IMG/VR virus record: IMGVR_UViG_3300025070_000036
Location: 1-58,245 of that record
Strand: one strand, 5' to 3'
Length of the DNA: 58,245 nucleotides
Origin: a virus
Lineage: Duplodnaviria; Caudoviricetes
The position numbers were made by a program, and so were the translations under genes. Every line of letters begins with the position of its first letter. Within the stretch, counting starts at the first letter, position 1. Of the stretch, positions 1 to 9,095 are shown one piece after another. The notes beneath the pieces are model-generated. The model had not been told where the DNA came from and searched no databases. It was given only the letters and a program-made list of their open reading frames with translations.

Positions 1-1574
1 CTATTAGAATTACCAACTTCTCTTGCCTCAATCTCAGAAGTGTTTAAAGAAGTACCTAACTTAATTAATGTACCACCTGCTTTAGATAAGTGTAACTGTG
101 AACTAGGATTACTCGTCCCAATACCAAGCCGTTCATCAGCACTCTTCCACACCATTTTTGCCGTTGTGCCTGTGTCCTCGTAGAAGCTGATGTCTCCGTT
201 AGTGTCAATATTCAGTCTTAATAAGTTACTTGTATAAAGCTGTGTCTTATCAGCTGTACTTGCGCCAAACCTAACAGTTGTATTTGTAGCTGATACAAAG
301 CCTGTTGTTGAACCGTCTGTGTCTGTAATAGTAATAGTAGGAGAGGCATCATTTATATTAACATCCCCATCCACAGTAAGCCCATCAGCAGTCACTGTGC
401 CAGTAACGTCTATGCCTGTTGATGTTGTGGCTAGTTTGGCGGCGTTGTCGTGATAAAGCGTAGACGCACCATTAGCTGTAAATGTAGCATAAGATTCTGA
501 GTCTCCACTCATTAGGTACAAAGTATTACTAGCTTTTATTGTCAGGTTTCCTGCGCCTAGTTCGTTTATAAAACTATTATTTCCATCATGGAAAATCTGT
601 AGGTCAGACCCAGCACCGAATATGGCTTTGTCGTTATCACCGAATGTCATATTTCCAGTTGTAGCAAAGCTTGTGCCAGTTATTGCTGTACCTGTAATAG
701 CCGCAGGAGTAGTGCCACCGATGACCACGCCGTCCGCTGTACCACCATTAATGTCGGCTGTTGTAAGAACCGCTGAAGGGACTGTAATGACTCCTGTAGA
801 GTTCGCTATAGTGGCGGCTGCTGTACCGTCATTAGCTGAGATAGACCCAGTTTCTACGTCCGTAGCGTTGACCACATCATCCTTGAGTAACACGCTGTCA
901 ATCGTAACACCGGAACCCGCTGTAGTCTCATCAATAGTATTTGTAGTAATCTTCCGCCCATTATCAACTATGATATTGTTTGAACCTGTGGTGTTACCTA
1001 CTGCCAATACTTCTGCAAGGCTGTCAAACTGACCTACTTTACTGTCTACGTATGCTTTAATAGATTGCTGTGTAGCCAAGGATGTAGCACTATTAGATGC
1101 CATGTTGTCTTCATCGAGTACGGCTGTGACTGTTGTGCTAGTACCCAACTGTAGAGACGTAGTATGTGTGAGAGCCTCAACAACATTTGTGCCATCACAG
1201 AATAAGAATGTAGTACGTCCATTAGGTACAAGAATACCTGTACCAGACGCAGTTTTCACTGTAATATTTTGTCCCGCGGCGTTCTTTACAATGTATATTT
1301 TAGATAGCGCTGGACATATAACCGTACCTGCGCCAGACAATGATGTACCTGTGTCAGTAAGCTCAAGCATAGCACAACGCGATTCAGAAGTTGTTCCGTT
1401 CGCTGAAGTTAACGTATGTGAGTTTGTTGACCAAGTGTTGATAACCGCACGACCTGCGATAGCCTGTTCGACCATAGATGTGATGTTATCGTTTACTACG
1501 TCACCCCATGTACCGCTAAGTTCGCCTTGAACTGGCAGAGCAAGTTTGAGTATCGGTGAATATTGCGTTGTCAT
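1..1574 (-). CDS. Tail fibre / receptor-binding protein, 3'-truncated at the window edge (absent from the ORF track)
   Basis: ATG at 1574 after AAGGAAAAG. Open frame MTTQYSPILKLALPVQGELSGTWGDVVNDN... to the edge. Thr/Gly-rich beta repeats with fibre-type motifs FGDNDKAIFGAGSDLQIFHDG and ERLGIGTSNP. Lies downstream of tail genes. Confidence 0.85.
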   Translation of the reverse strand, partial: MTTQYSPILKLALPVQGELSGTWGDVVNDNITSMVEQAIAGRAVINTWSTNSHTLTSANGTTSESRCAMLELTDTGTSLSGAGTVICPALSKIYIVKNAAGQNITVKTASGTGILVPNGRTTFLFCDGTNVVEALTHTTSLQLGTSTTVTAVLDEDNMASNSATSLATQQSIKAYVDSKVGQFDSLAEVLAVGNTTGSNNIIVDNGRKITTNTIDETTAGSGVTIDSVLLKDDVVNATDVETGSISANDGTAAATIANSTGVITVPSAVLTTADINGGTADGVVIGGTTPAAITGTAITGTSFATTGNMTFGDNDKAIFGAGSDLQIFHDGNNSFINELGAGNLTIKASNTLYLMSGDSESYATFTANGASTLYHDNAAKLATTSTGIDVTGTVTADGLTVDGDVNINDASPTITITDTDGSTTGFVSATNTTVRFGASTADKTQLYTSNLLRLNIDTNGDISFYEDTGTTAKMVWKSADERLGIGTSNPSSQLHLSKAGGTLIKLGTSLNTSEIEAREVGNSN

Positions 1575-1584
1575 GTTCTTTTCC

Positions 1585-2361
1585 TTATGCGGCTATATCT
1601 TGCCAATCTGGAGTTTGTGTTTCAGATGCGGTAGCCCACTTGGGAGTTTGCGCACTGGCGATAGGTGTCCAATTAGGTGTTTGAGTATCATCAACCTCGC
1701 CCCATACGTTAGCGAAACCAATAATTCCCGTAGCTGCAAGCCCTGTAACAGATATATCTGCGTTAGCCGTTGCGGTTACATTACCAAGTTTTATGTCCGC
1801 TTGCAATCCCGTAAGTGATACAGTGATTCCAAGGGCAAAAGTTACGTCTCCGAGATGAATATCGGCTTCTACACCTGTAACTGATATATTAGCTGCGCCG
1901 GTCATAGTAACAGTACCAACAGCGCTGTTAGCTTCTACACCCGTGACTACTACGTTAGCTTCTGCATCTACTGTAGCCGTACCTACAGCTCCATCGGCTT
2001 CTACACCTGTTGGGAAGATATTGGCTGTACCAGTCATTGTAACTGTACCAATTTCACCATCAGCTTCTACACCGACAACTGGTATCTCTGCAGCAGCGCT
2101 AACTGTTACAGTACCTATTGAACCGACTGCGCGAACGGCTTGAACGAGAGTATCTGCTTCGGCGTCTATACCTACAACATTTACATGTCCATCAGCCTCT
2201 ACACCTGTGACGACTACATTAGCTTCTGCATCAACTACAACGGAGCTAATAACGCCCTCTGCTGCAACGCCATCAACAGAAACAATAGTAAGATCGGTAC
2301 TCCAAGCCGTTTGGCCCCAAGCACCCGATCCCCAACCTATATATTCTACTGAAGACGGCAT
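1585..2361 (-). CDS. Virion structural protein, Val/Gly/Ala repeat-rich (tail-associated)
   Basis: GWGSGAWG N-terminus, repeated ~28-aa VTGVEADG-like units, Trp-spaced C-terminus; position among tail genes. Confidence 0.65.
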   Translation of the reverse strand: MPSSVEYIGWGSGAWGQTAWSTDLTIVSVDGVAAEGVISSVVVDAEANVVVTGVEADGHVNVVGIDAEADTLVQAVRAVGSIGTVTVSAAAEIPVVGVEADGEIGTVTMTGTANIFPTGVEADGAVGTATVDAEANVVVTGVEANSAVGTVTMTGAANISVTGVEADIHLGDVTFALGITVSLTGLQADIKLGNVTATANADISVTGLAATGIIGFANVWGEVDDTQTPNWTPIASAQTPKWATASETQTPDWQDIAA

Positions 2362-2370
2362 TTAGCTGTC

Positions 2371-2808
2371 TTACGGAGTAGCAATACGCACAATGGCGTT
2401 CGTAGCATCTGCTGCCGGGAACTGAACTTGAAAGTCACCCGCTGTAGATGTTTTGTCTGCACCAAAGTCTAGCACCGCAACGGCTGGGTTACCCCCACCT
2501 GATTTGTAGATCAATGCACCGCGAGCTGTAATCGTAGCGTCAGTCCATGTTGTATCTGCGAAATCTAAAAACGCCGTAGTACCTGACGATGCAGGGTTTG
2601 CTGAGATAGTAAGTGTGTTACCCCCTGCAGTATAGTTAGTACCCGATACTTCGTTTGTCGTTGCATACGCTGTAGTAGCTGCACTTAATGTAGCTGAACT
2701 TGTATACAATGCTATTTTAAAAGTTTGTGATGTGTTACTGCTAAAATCCATCTCGCCGTCTAATAGAGCGACTTTGAAGGATGTACACATTGCCTGTGTG
2801 ATTGCCAT
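2371..2808 (-). CDS. Conserved virion structural protein
   Basis: AAGGAG RBS; FKIALYTSSA...TNEVSGTNYTAGG...ITARGALIY pattern common in phage tail-region proteins. Confidence 0.7.
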   Translation of the reverse strand: MAITQAMCTSFKVALLDGEMDFSSNTSQTFKIALYTSSATLSAATTAYATTNEVSGTNYTAGGNTLTISANPASSGTTAFLDFADTTWTDATITARGALIYKSGGGNPAVAVLDFGADKTSTAGDFQVQFPAADATNAIVRIATP

Positions 2809-2818
2809 TTCTGTCTCC

Positions 2819-3448
2819 TTAACTTACTGGCACTCGGAACTGTCCCGAGCGATATGCGTCTTCACGTAGTTTGCCGTCTCCGAGAGCCTTCAACAGCGTT
2901 ATAGATTGCAAATACATCTTTTCGTATGTTGCAACAATATCAGGTTCACCTTTCATAAAGCGAATAGCTTCAATCAACGCACCGTTAAGTAGAGCAGAAT
3001 CAAACTCTTCTCCAAGCCATGTAGTACCAGCCGTAACGATTGATTGAGGGTAATACCCATAATGAAGTTCTGAAGTATACCCCGTATCTGGGGTAGGTCC
3101 AACAATAAATGTGTCATCGTCAAAATATGCGTAATGTTTAGGTAACCCTGTAGCTGTAGGATTAGGATATGCTTCACGCATAAAGTTGACATCTTTATTT
3201 AGCAAGAAATGATAATTACCACTACCATCCACCACAGCTAAAGAATATGACCACAAGAAGTCAGAGGGTGTAGACAGATATTTAATGTTGGTAGACATTG
3301 TACCAGTCACATTTTTTCGTAGTGCAGGAATTTGCACTGTGTTGTATATTTTTTGTTCAGCCTGCTGTGTGAACATAGCGAGCTGGTCATCTGTAAACGA
3401 GTTTTCGCAGATGTCTTGAATATTGGTTTTCAGCTCAGTATAATTCAT
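2819..3448 (-). CDS. Head-tail adaptor / tail tubular-like protein
   Basis: MNYTELKTNIQD...GLPKHYA...VGPTPD pattern of podovirus adaptor proteins; synteny. Confidence 0.6.
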   Translation of the reverse strand: MNYTELKTNIQDICENSFTDDQLAMFTQQAEQKIYNTVQIPALRKNVTGTMSTNIKYLSTPSDFLWSYSLAVVDGSGNYHFLLNKDVNFMREAYPNPTATGLPKHYAYFDDDTFIVGPTPDTGYTSELHYGYYPQSIVTAGTTWLGEEFDSALLNGALIEAIRFMKGEPDIVATYEKMYLQSITLLKALGDGKLREDAYRSGQFRVPVS

Positions 3449-3451
3449 ATC

Positions 3452-3634
3452 TTACCCCATTGGCCCTCGTGCAAATAGACCTTTAGTCGCTGCACCTGTG
3501 CCACGTATTTTGATTTTACCACCTTTGGCATAACCTTTTTTAGCCATACCACCTTTTTTAAAACCCATGTTTGCAACGACATCAGGTCTTTCTTTTTTTA
3601 AAGCTGCTAAACCTTTGTTTAACTTCTTAGCCAT
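3452..3634 (-). CDS. Small Lys-rich protein with xxKGG repeats
   Basis: AGGAGA RBS; FKKGGMAKKGYAKGGKIKIRGTGAA. Confidence 0.75.
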   Translation of the reverse strand: MAKKLNKGLAALKKERPDVVANMGFKKGGMAKKGYAKGGKIKIRGTGAATKGLFARGPMG

Positions 3635-3644
3635 GATTCATCTC

Positions 3645-4010
3645 CTATGTTATACTTACGACAACTAAGCCTACCTGACCAGCGCCAATTAAATTATTAG
3701 GTGTAAGGTCATAAAGATCATCACCCCCACCTACAGGATTCCAACCCCATTGTATACCTCTACTACTATACTCTCCAGACTCGCCCAAACTTTGATCGGG
3801 TCGTGGGTCACGTACAGCCTGCGGATCATCTACAGGAAACTCTCCTAACCGCAGTTGCGGTTGATCTGCGTTCCAACATTCAGGACAAGCCTTTATGTTT
3901 GTGTCTTGCCCCTTAACAAAAAGATTACGCAATTCACGTAGTTTGTATTTAAACCCACATACGTCACAAAGCGCGTTAACCTTTTGAGAAGAAGCGAACC
4001 TGTTACTCAT
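3645..4010 (-). CDS. Conserved phage protein with CxxC...CxxC zinc ribbon
   Basis: CDVC...CPEC, DPQAVRDPRP; TGATG coupling to the upstream gene. Confidence 0.7.
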   Translation of the reverse strand: MSNRFASSQKVNALCDVCGFKYKLRELRNLFVKGQDTNIKACPECWNADQPQLRLGEFPVDDPQAVRDPRPDQSLGESGEYSSRGIQWGWNPVGGGDDLYDLTPNNLIGAGQVGLVVVSIT

Positions 4011-4699
4011 CAGCCAATCCTAGCAATGCGAGGTACAAACCGTGCCGAGGTTTTTTCTCTATCTTCTGAAGCAGCCATATCAAACTGTTCGTCATACACA
4101 GACTTTAACATCTGCACGCGATCTACCAACTCAGGAACTTTCATAGCTATATGATAAGCTAGACCTGCAACGAGGCAAGGGAAGAACCTAAAGTTCATGT
4201 CTGCTGTTTCCGTACCTGCACCTGCATCTTGTATTCTACGCATACGCCAGTAGTACAAGACATAATCATTGGTGTCTGGTACAGGCCAAACGTTAACGTG
4301 GGGTTCATCTCGCAGTCGTTCAACATACATTTGTATAGGACGCCCTTGTGATAACTTGTTTGGTATAGATGCGTATGTACTTACACTAATTCTGCTTATC
4401 GTAAGATCAGATTGTGTACTAGCGTTACCACTATTAGTACGTATTTGATGCTCCATTAAGTCTATAGTATCTGCTGGCAACGCGTACCGAGAAGTACCTT
4501 TTACTAGATTTACAGTGCCAGAGTCTATAGTCCACATGTTAATACCACGGTTCTGCCACTCAATCGTCATCAAGTTCATAGACCGCCTAGCCGTACGTAG
4601 ATCATATCCTGAACGCATTTCACGTCCCGCACGTTCCCATGCTTCTTCAGCAATCTCCGTGAAGTCCATATTAAACGCTGTGGTACCTGATGTCGTCAT
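4010..4699 (-). CDS. Tail tubular / adaptor-like virion protein
   Basis: EEAWERAG...ARRSMNL...EWQNRGINMWT...VWPVPD pattern; AAGGA RBS. Confidence 0.6.
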   Translation of the reverse strand: MTTSGTTAFNMDFTEIAEEAWERAGREMRSGYDLRTARRSMNLMTIEWQNRGINMWTIDSGTVNLVKGTSRYALPADTIDLMEHQIRTNSGNASTQSDLTISRISVSTYASIPNKLSQGRPIQMYVERLRDEPHVNVWPVPDTNDYVLYYWRMRRIQDAGAGTETADMNFRFFPCLVAGLAYHIAMKVPELVDRVQMLKSVYDEQFDMAASEDREKTSARFVPRIARIG

Positions 4700-4711
4700 G
4701 GTTTAATCCTT

Positions 4712-5041
4712 TTACGTGTACAACGTCTTTTTGCGTCTATTTTCTATTACCGCGCCACAACCCCGTGCTATATCGCGTTTCCGGCGAGCTAGCCCACCAC
4801 CTGATAACTTAACTGTAGCAGCTTTTGTATTTTTTACTACAGTCTTACCTTTAGCGCCTTCGCGCTTCTTTTTCTTTGCCGTAGTGGCGCGTTCGCCCTT
4901 GCTCAGACTGTTAGCTTTACTACGCGGTAAACAACGGTCTGGGTTCTTCTTATCTTTAGAAGTCCCACACGCGCCTTTTATTTTACCGTCGGTACCAACT
5001 CTAACCCAGTCTTGATCCCGCCACTTCTTCAACTCACCCAT
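4712..5041 (-). CDS. Small basic protein (DUF5872-like) with LSGGG motif
   Basis: LKKWRDQDWV...CLP...IARGCGAV; TAATG coupling. Confidence 0.65.
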   Translation of the reverse strand: MGELKKWRDQDWVRVGTDGKIKGACGTSKDKKNPDRCLPRSKANSLSKGERATTAKKKKREGAKGKTVVKNTKAATVKLSGGGLARRKRDIARGCGAVIENRRKKTLYT

Positions 5042-5211
5042 TAGCTTTTCTTCTTTTTCTTGCTTTTACTACCTTTGGCGTAATTAGGGTCTTTACAGTA
5101 TTTAGACGCAGCCATGTTAGCATAAGCGCTAGGGTAAGTATCAAACGTACGTTTAGCCCAAGACTTACCCTTGGAACATATTTTGCCGCCTGATTTGTAA
5201 TACCTACGCAT
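5041..5211 (-). CDS. Small basic protein; probable start 5211 (MRRYYKSGG)
   Basis: TAATG overlap with the upstream stop; YPSAYAN motif. Confidence 0.65.
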   Translation of the reverse strand: MRRYYKSGGKICSKGKSWAKRTFDTYPSAYANMAASKYCKDPNYAKGSKSKKKKKS

Positions 5212-5552
5212 TAACGCATCTTGCAAACTTTGCCGCCACGAGCCAAGCCGTAACCACGAATTTTGCCACCTTTTTTATAGCCTTTTTTAGCCATACCACC
5301 TTTAGCGTAACCTTTTTTCTTAACCTTACCGCCTTTTTTCATCATAGAAGGCATGTTCATACGGTCTTCGTCACGTTTAGCTTTTCCACGCATTTCGTTA
5401 GCACCAGCAGATAAACGATTTTCTTGCGCTCGAGTGAGGTTAGTGTCCGCACGTTGTCTTTTGCTGTCGCCCGGCATCTGAGTTAAAGATTTTTTCTTTT
5501 TTAACATATCAGACATCTTACCGCCTGCTTTGTAACCTTTTTTCTTCATCAT
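5211..5552 (-). CDS. Lys-rich protein with four YxxGG/MxxGG repeats
   Basis: AAGGAG RBS; YKAGG, MKKGG, YAKGG, YKKGG, RGYGLARGG. Confidence 0.75.
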   Translation of the reverse strand: MMKKKGYKAGGKMSDMLKKKKSLTQMPGDSKRQRADTNLTRAQENRLSAGANEMRGKAKRDEDRMNMPSMMKKGGKVKKKGYAKGGMAKKGYKKGGKIRGYGLARGGKVCKMR

Positions 5553-6229
5553 TGGTCTGTCTCCTTGTAAAGATTATTGAACACTCTTTCAGTATCCCAA
5601 ACGTAACCTACGTCTTCTTTTGAGTTATAAGTATGTTGGTTTGGTTTAAAATCTGGAGCGCCTTGCCCTGTCTCAAACCACGCAGGGTGCGTTACACGAA
5701 CCCGATTATTTGGTAATGCTACTATGTTACCTGTATACTCCCCAGCATCTAATAATTCAAGTACGTGGCTTTGTTTGTGTTGTGCAGGATCATCAGCTAC
5801 TTCACTATCAGTGTAATCCACCGTAAATAAATACTTAGCGGGGTAAAACTCACCATCTACTTTGGCTATCCAAGGGGCAGGAGAAGCTCGTTCTAGTTTG
5901 TATACAGAATGGTAATGGGACATACAGTCCCAAGGTTGTGCTAGGTAAGGTGGTAGTTCTGTAGGCCACTCCTCTAAAGGTGTATCAGCTACAAGCGCTG
6001 TAAGCGGTAGCCTAGCCCACATAGCTCCACCATGTATATTTTCTTCGTCTTCATCATCAGACTCACAACCAGTAAAAATAACTTGAAAACTAAGAGTACG
6101 GTTAGGCATTGTAGTGACACCAATAACCATACAGTGCAAAAACTCACCGTGGTACTCTTCTAAGTTTTTGGTGTATTCTCTACGTACCCACGCTTTGAAA
6201 TAGGGAATACTGCTAGTTAAGTAAGGCAT
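5549..6229 (-). CDS. Conserved hypothetical phage protein
   Basis: 226-aa ORF coupled at both ends; QPWDC, YLFTVD, LPNNR motifs. Confidence 0.75.
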   Translation of the reverse strand: MPYLTSSIPYFKAWVRREYTKNLEEYHGEFLHCMVIGVTTMPNRTLSFQVIFTGCESDDEDEENIHGGAMWARLPLTALVADTPLEEWPTELPPYLAQPWDCMSHYHSVYKLERASPAPWIAKVDGEFYPAKYLFTVDYTDSEVADDPAQHKQSHVLELLDAGEYTGNIVALPNNRVRVTHPAWFETGQGAPDFKPNQHTYNSKEDVGYVWDTERVFNNLYKETDQ

Positions 6230-6345
6230 TACTTTTGCAGCTCCTTTTTCTTACGTTTTTTAGCTGCAACCTTTTTTCGTTTTTGTGACAGCTTGGACGC
6301 AGGGTTTTGTATCTGCTTGCTCATCTGTGCGCGTGCTATAGCCAT
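6229..6345 (-). CDS. 38-aa basic peptide MAIARAQMSKQIQNPASKLSQKRKKVAAKKRKKKELQK (below the ORF-track cutoff)
   Basis: Exactly fills the gap: ATG directly after the upstream TAG, and its TAA overlaps the next ATG. Confidence 0.7.
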   Translation of the reverse strand: MAIARAQMSKQIQNPASKLSQKRKKVAAKKRKKKELQK

Positions 6346-6657
6346 CTAACAATTCCACTTCCGTAAACTCTTGTTTATACGACTATCTGGATCATTAGCT
6401 GTCTTAGAGCTTGTATTACGTTTCTTCATACCCTTCATGCGAGCGCAGAAAGATTTACGTCGGTTAGCCGCTTTAGAACCTTTTTTAAGTTTACTAGGCT
6501 TTGTGGTAACCGCTGTTTTTAGTTTACTTCCGGGGTTAGCTTTCCGGTAGCTGGCAACGCCTTTAGCATTGAGACCACCAGATTTACTTTTTCCCTCTTT
6601 ACGAGTCCAAGCAGGAGACTTTTTGACGGAGCCTCCTGATTTGTAATAACTCCGCAT
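6346..6657 (-). CDS. Small basic protein (DUF6321-like)
   Basis: PAWTRKEGK..SGGLNAKG...RRKSFCARM...SLRKWNC; GAGGTG RBS. Confidence 0.75.
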   Translation of the reverse strand: MRSYYKSGGSVKKSPAWTRKEGKSKSGGLNAKGVASYRKANPGSKLKTAVTTKPSKLKKGSKAANRRKSFCARMKGMKKRNTSSKTANDPDSRINKSLRKWNC

Positions 6658-6666
6658 GTATCACCT

Positions 6667-6945
6667 CTAGTTGTAGAAGACTGTCATGGCGGTAATGTTT
6701 GTCATCGCCGTTATTAACACGTCGTTTTGGCAACGTATCCCCGCTTGAGGTATGTTTACCGAGTGAGAGTCTGAAGCTTTAAAATCAAGATCAAGCACCG
6801 TTGTACCGCCAGCACCATCAGTAATGGTCAACCGACCAGCACCGCCACTAGAAGTTAATACTTGTACCTGACGAATGCGTGCCGGCCCTACAGCCAACGA
6901 TGCAGCGCTTGTAACTCGTTTGGTTTGAACGTCAGAATGAGACAT
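6667..6945 (-). CDS. Small virion protein
   Basis: 92-aa beta-rich ORF, AAGGA RBS, downstream of the capsid gene. Confidence 0.7.
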   Translation of the reverse strand: MSHSDVQTKRVTSAASLAVGPARIRQVQVLTSSGGAGRLTITDGAGGTTVLDLDFKASDSHSVNIPQAGIRCQNDVLITAMTNITAMTVFYN

Positions 6946-6948
6946 ACG

Positions 6949-7134
6949 CTATTCCTTCTTTTTTGAAGGACGCCCACGTTTTTTAACTGGTTTTTCTTCC
7001 CACGCCTCATTTACATCAGGTGTAGCAGGGTCATCAGCTTTAAGCGTGCCGTCTTCTTTTCGTGCGCGAACTTTAACAGCGCCGATCCCTCGAGCTGCTA
7101 GTTCTTCTTCAGTTGGGGGTGCAAATCTACTCAT
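6949..7134 (-). CDS. Small protein with a C-terminal AT-hook-like KKRGRP
   Basis: RARKEDGTLKADDPATPDVNEAW...KKRGRPSK. Confidence 0.7.
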   Translation of the reverse strand: MSRFAPPTEEELAARGIGAVKVRARKEDGTLKADDPATPDVNEAWEEKPVKKRGRPSKKKE

Positions 7135-7144
7135 AGTTCACCCC

Positions 7145-7369
7145 TTACGATGCTGCTATTGTAGCACCAGTGTCAGAACGCTTCCAGTTTGTTCCGTCAG
7201 AGAAAGCCAATATTGCGGAGCCGCCAGCTCCATTAGATACAAATACAACAGTACCTGCGCCAGCCGCTGAAGCTGAAGGTGCATTTGCAACTGTGTATGT
7301 TGGGACAACGATGTCACCGATGAAACCGTTGTTAGAGGTCACTGGACCAGAAAATGTAGTATTCGCCAT
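7145..7369 (-). CDS. Minor capsid / decoration-type protein
   Basis: MANTTFSGPV N-terminus and AFSDGTNWKR; GAGGA RBS; follows the MCP gene. Confidence 0.65.
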   Translation of the reverse strand: MANTTFSGPVTSNNGFIGDIVVPTYTVANAPSASAAGAGTVVFVSNGAGGSAILAFSDGTNWKRSDTGATIAAS

Positions 7370-7458
7370 GAATATATCCTCACATGCGAGTTAAGTGAAT
7401 CCGTCTGCATGTCGTCAGTCGGGCCTGTCAGATTCACGGGGTATTCCCGATAATTGTT

Positions 7459-7488
7459 AGCATACCATCGCATAACGTAATATGTCAA
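7459..7488 (-). promoter_or_regulatory. sigma70-like promoter TTGACA-18-TATGCT
   Basis: Minus strand TTGACA tattacgttatgcgatgg TATGCT, directly after the MCP terminator. Confidence 0.6.
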
Positions 7489-7489
7489 C

Positions 7490-7520
7490 AAAAAGAAAGG
7501 GGCCACCGAAGCAGCCCCTC
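7490..7520 (-). terminator. Rho-independent terminator after the major capsid gene
   Basis: AGGGGCTGC-TTCG-GTGGCCCCT followed by TTCTTTTT. Confidence 0.85.
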
Positions 7521-7541
7521 TCCAAAACAAATGTTCTAAGC

Positions 7542-8450
7542 TTATGCGCCCGGAGAACCAAAGATTCCTAATGGATCAGATACACCAAACGAGTAACGCT
7601 CACGAGCTTTGTAGCGGCTGTTGCCAGTATCAAAGTCAGCATCCATCGAAGTAGCCATTGGGCTACGTGTGAAGTGTTTTAGACCATTTGGAACGTCTGT
7701 CATCAAGAACCACGCATCAGTGTCTGTTAGATAGTGGTTTACAGTGTAACCACCCGGAACAGAACCGTTGTTGCGTATAGCGTTGATGTCGTTGTCCGCA
7801 GTACCTAAACGACCTTCTGTTTCTAACAAACGTGTTGCAACGAATTGCAAGTTTGGCGGAATCACAAGTTTCTTAGGTTTTGCTGCAATCAATAGGCCAC
7901 GCTCGTCTGTCCAACCTGCGATTTGAATGATAGCTGCCTCAAGGGAAGTTTCGTTCAAGTCCGCAGCAACTGCTGGTTCATTTGAGTTAGTGCCGCCATC
8001 GATTAGCGGGTGGTCAGTAGCACATAATGACTTGCCGTCACCGTATGTAGTACCAGCAGCGAAAGCATTGTTTAAAATGTTAGCCGCTTTGACCTGCTTA
8101 GTGTACGCCATAGCGCGAGCCAGTGCTTTAGTATAACGAGACGATAGTGAATCGTACAAGTTATCTTCAATAGCTTCCTCAGTGATAGAGAAACCCATTG
8201 CCACTGTTTCGTGTGTGTAGCGTGCAGTGAAAGCTTCTTGAGCATTGTCATACTCAATAGAAGAGCCTTCTGACTTAGTTGGTGCAGCACCAAAGCCAGA
8301 TAGTTTTGTTTCTTCCTCAAAAGAACGATCTGATGATTCAGTTTCAAAAATTTCGGCGTGTTCTTCACCGTATTTTGCATATTCCAAACCGAACAATGCG
8401 TTCAATCCGGGTAACAGTTCTTTTAGTAACTGTGCGCGTGAAATAGCCAT
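7542..8450 (-). CDS. Major capsid protein (HK97 fold, Mu gpT-like)
   Basis: MAISRAQLLKELLPGLNALFGLEY...FSITEEAIEDNLY...RYKARERYSFG; strong AGGAGA RBS; follows scaffold and decoration genes. Confidence 0.9.
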   Translation of the reverse strand: MAISRAQLLKELLPGLNALFGLEYAKYGEEHAEIFETESSDRSFEEETKLSGFGAAPTKSEGSSIEYDNAQEAFTARYTHETVAMGFSITEEAIEDNLYDSLSSRYTKALARAMAYTKQVKAANILNNAFAAGTTYGDGKSLCATDHPLIDGGTNSNEPAVAADLNETSLEAAIIQIAGWTDERGLLIAAKPKKLVIPPNLQFVATRLLETEGRLGTADNDINAIRNNGSVPGGYTVNHYLTDTDAWFLMTDVPNGLKHFTRSPMATSMDADFDTGNSRYKARERYSFGVSDPLGIFGSPGA

Positions 8451-8453
8451 GAA

Positions 8454-9068
8454 TTATTCTCCTACGATACCGGTACCCATTTGGTGGTACGGTGAGTTAA
8501 TTTTCACTAATACATCAGTATAAGCATCGCCAATAGCAGAACCCGGTTTTGTTACAAAACCAACAACTTTAAATGCTTTAGTTGCCGTAGCAGTAGTAGC
8601 ATCGAGTTGTACGTTAGATTTACCAGTAGTTGTGTTTACTGAAGTTGTAGCATTTTGTGCGGCTGATAAAGGCGCATTGTGGCCCAATGCAGCTTGAGCG
8701 ATTGCTCCGTCTGCTTGTACTTGGAAAGTAACATTTGGGTCAGTTACAACATAAGCTGTAGCATTAGCTGTCCCTGAAGGGTAATACTGAGAGAAGATTA
8801 ATTGACCTTGAGCATTTAAATACTCACAGCCAACAAACACTCCTAAAGCACCGATAGCATTACCACCAAGGTTGTTAGTAGTTGCATCTGCGCCAGTACC
8901 AGAGGCTAGTTGTACGTAACCTGCAGCGATCTCAACAACAGAGCCGTAGCCGATGTTCTGAGCCACACCTGCAGGAGTAATTAAAAACGAATCTTGAGCG
9001 CCAGCATAAGGCATACCGTCAGATCGTTTTACGGGTACAAACCCGTATCCTGAACTTGTAGTAGACAT
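8454..9068 (-). CDS. Capsid decoration / cement protein
   Basis: YGFVPV...GVFVGCEY...VVTDPNVTFQVQ; immediately upstream of MCP. Confidence 0.6.
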   Translation of the reverse strand: MSTTSSGYGFVPVKRSDGMPYAGAQDSFLITPAGVAQNIGYGSVVEIAAGYVQLASGTGADATTNNLGGNAIGALGVFVGCEYLNAQGQLIFSQYYPSGTANATAYVVTDPNVTFQVQADGAIAQAALGHNAPLSAAQNATTSVNTTTGKSNVQLDATTATATKAFKVVGFVTKPGSAIGDAYTDVLVKINSPYHQMGTGIVGE

Positions 9069-9095
9069 GATATATGTATCCTATATAGATTAAAT

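Noticed and set aside
622-2352. Plus-strand ORFs 622-1032, 1102-1530, 1546-1818, 1943-2143 and 2140-2352
   Set aside because: Antisense shadows of the minus-strand tail fibre and structural genes; no RBS, and compositions mirror the real frame
7405-7420. Hammerhead ribozyme core (CTGACGA on the minus strand)
   Set aside because: No stem II followed by GAAA and no stem III/UH site
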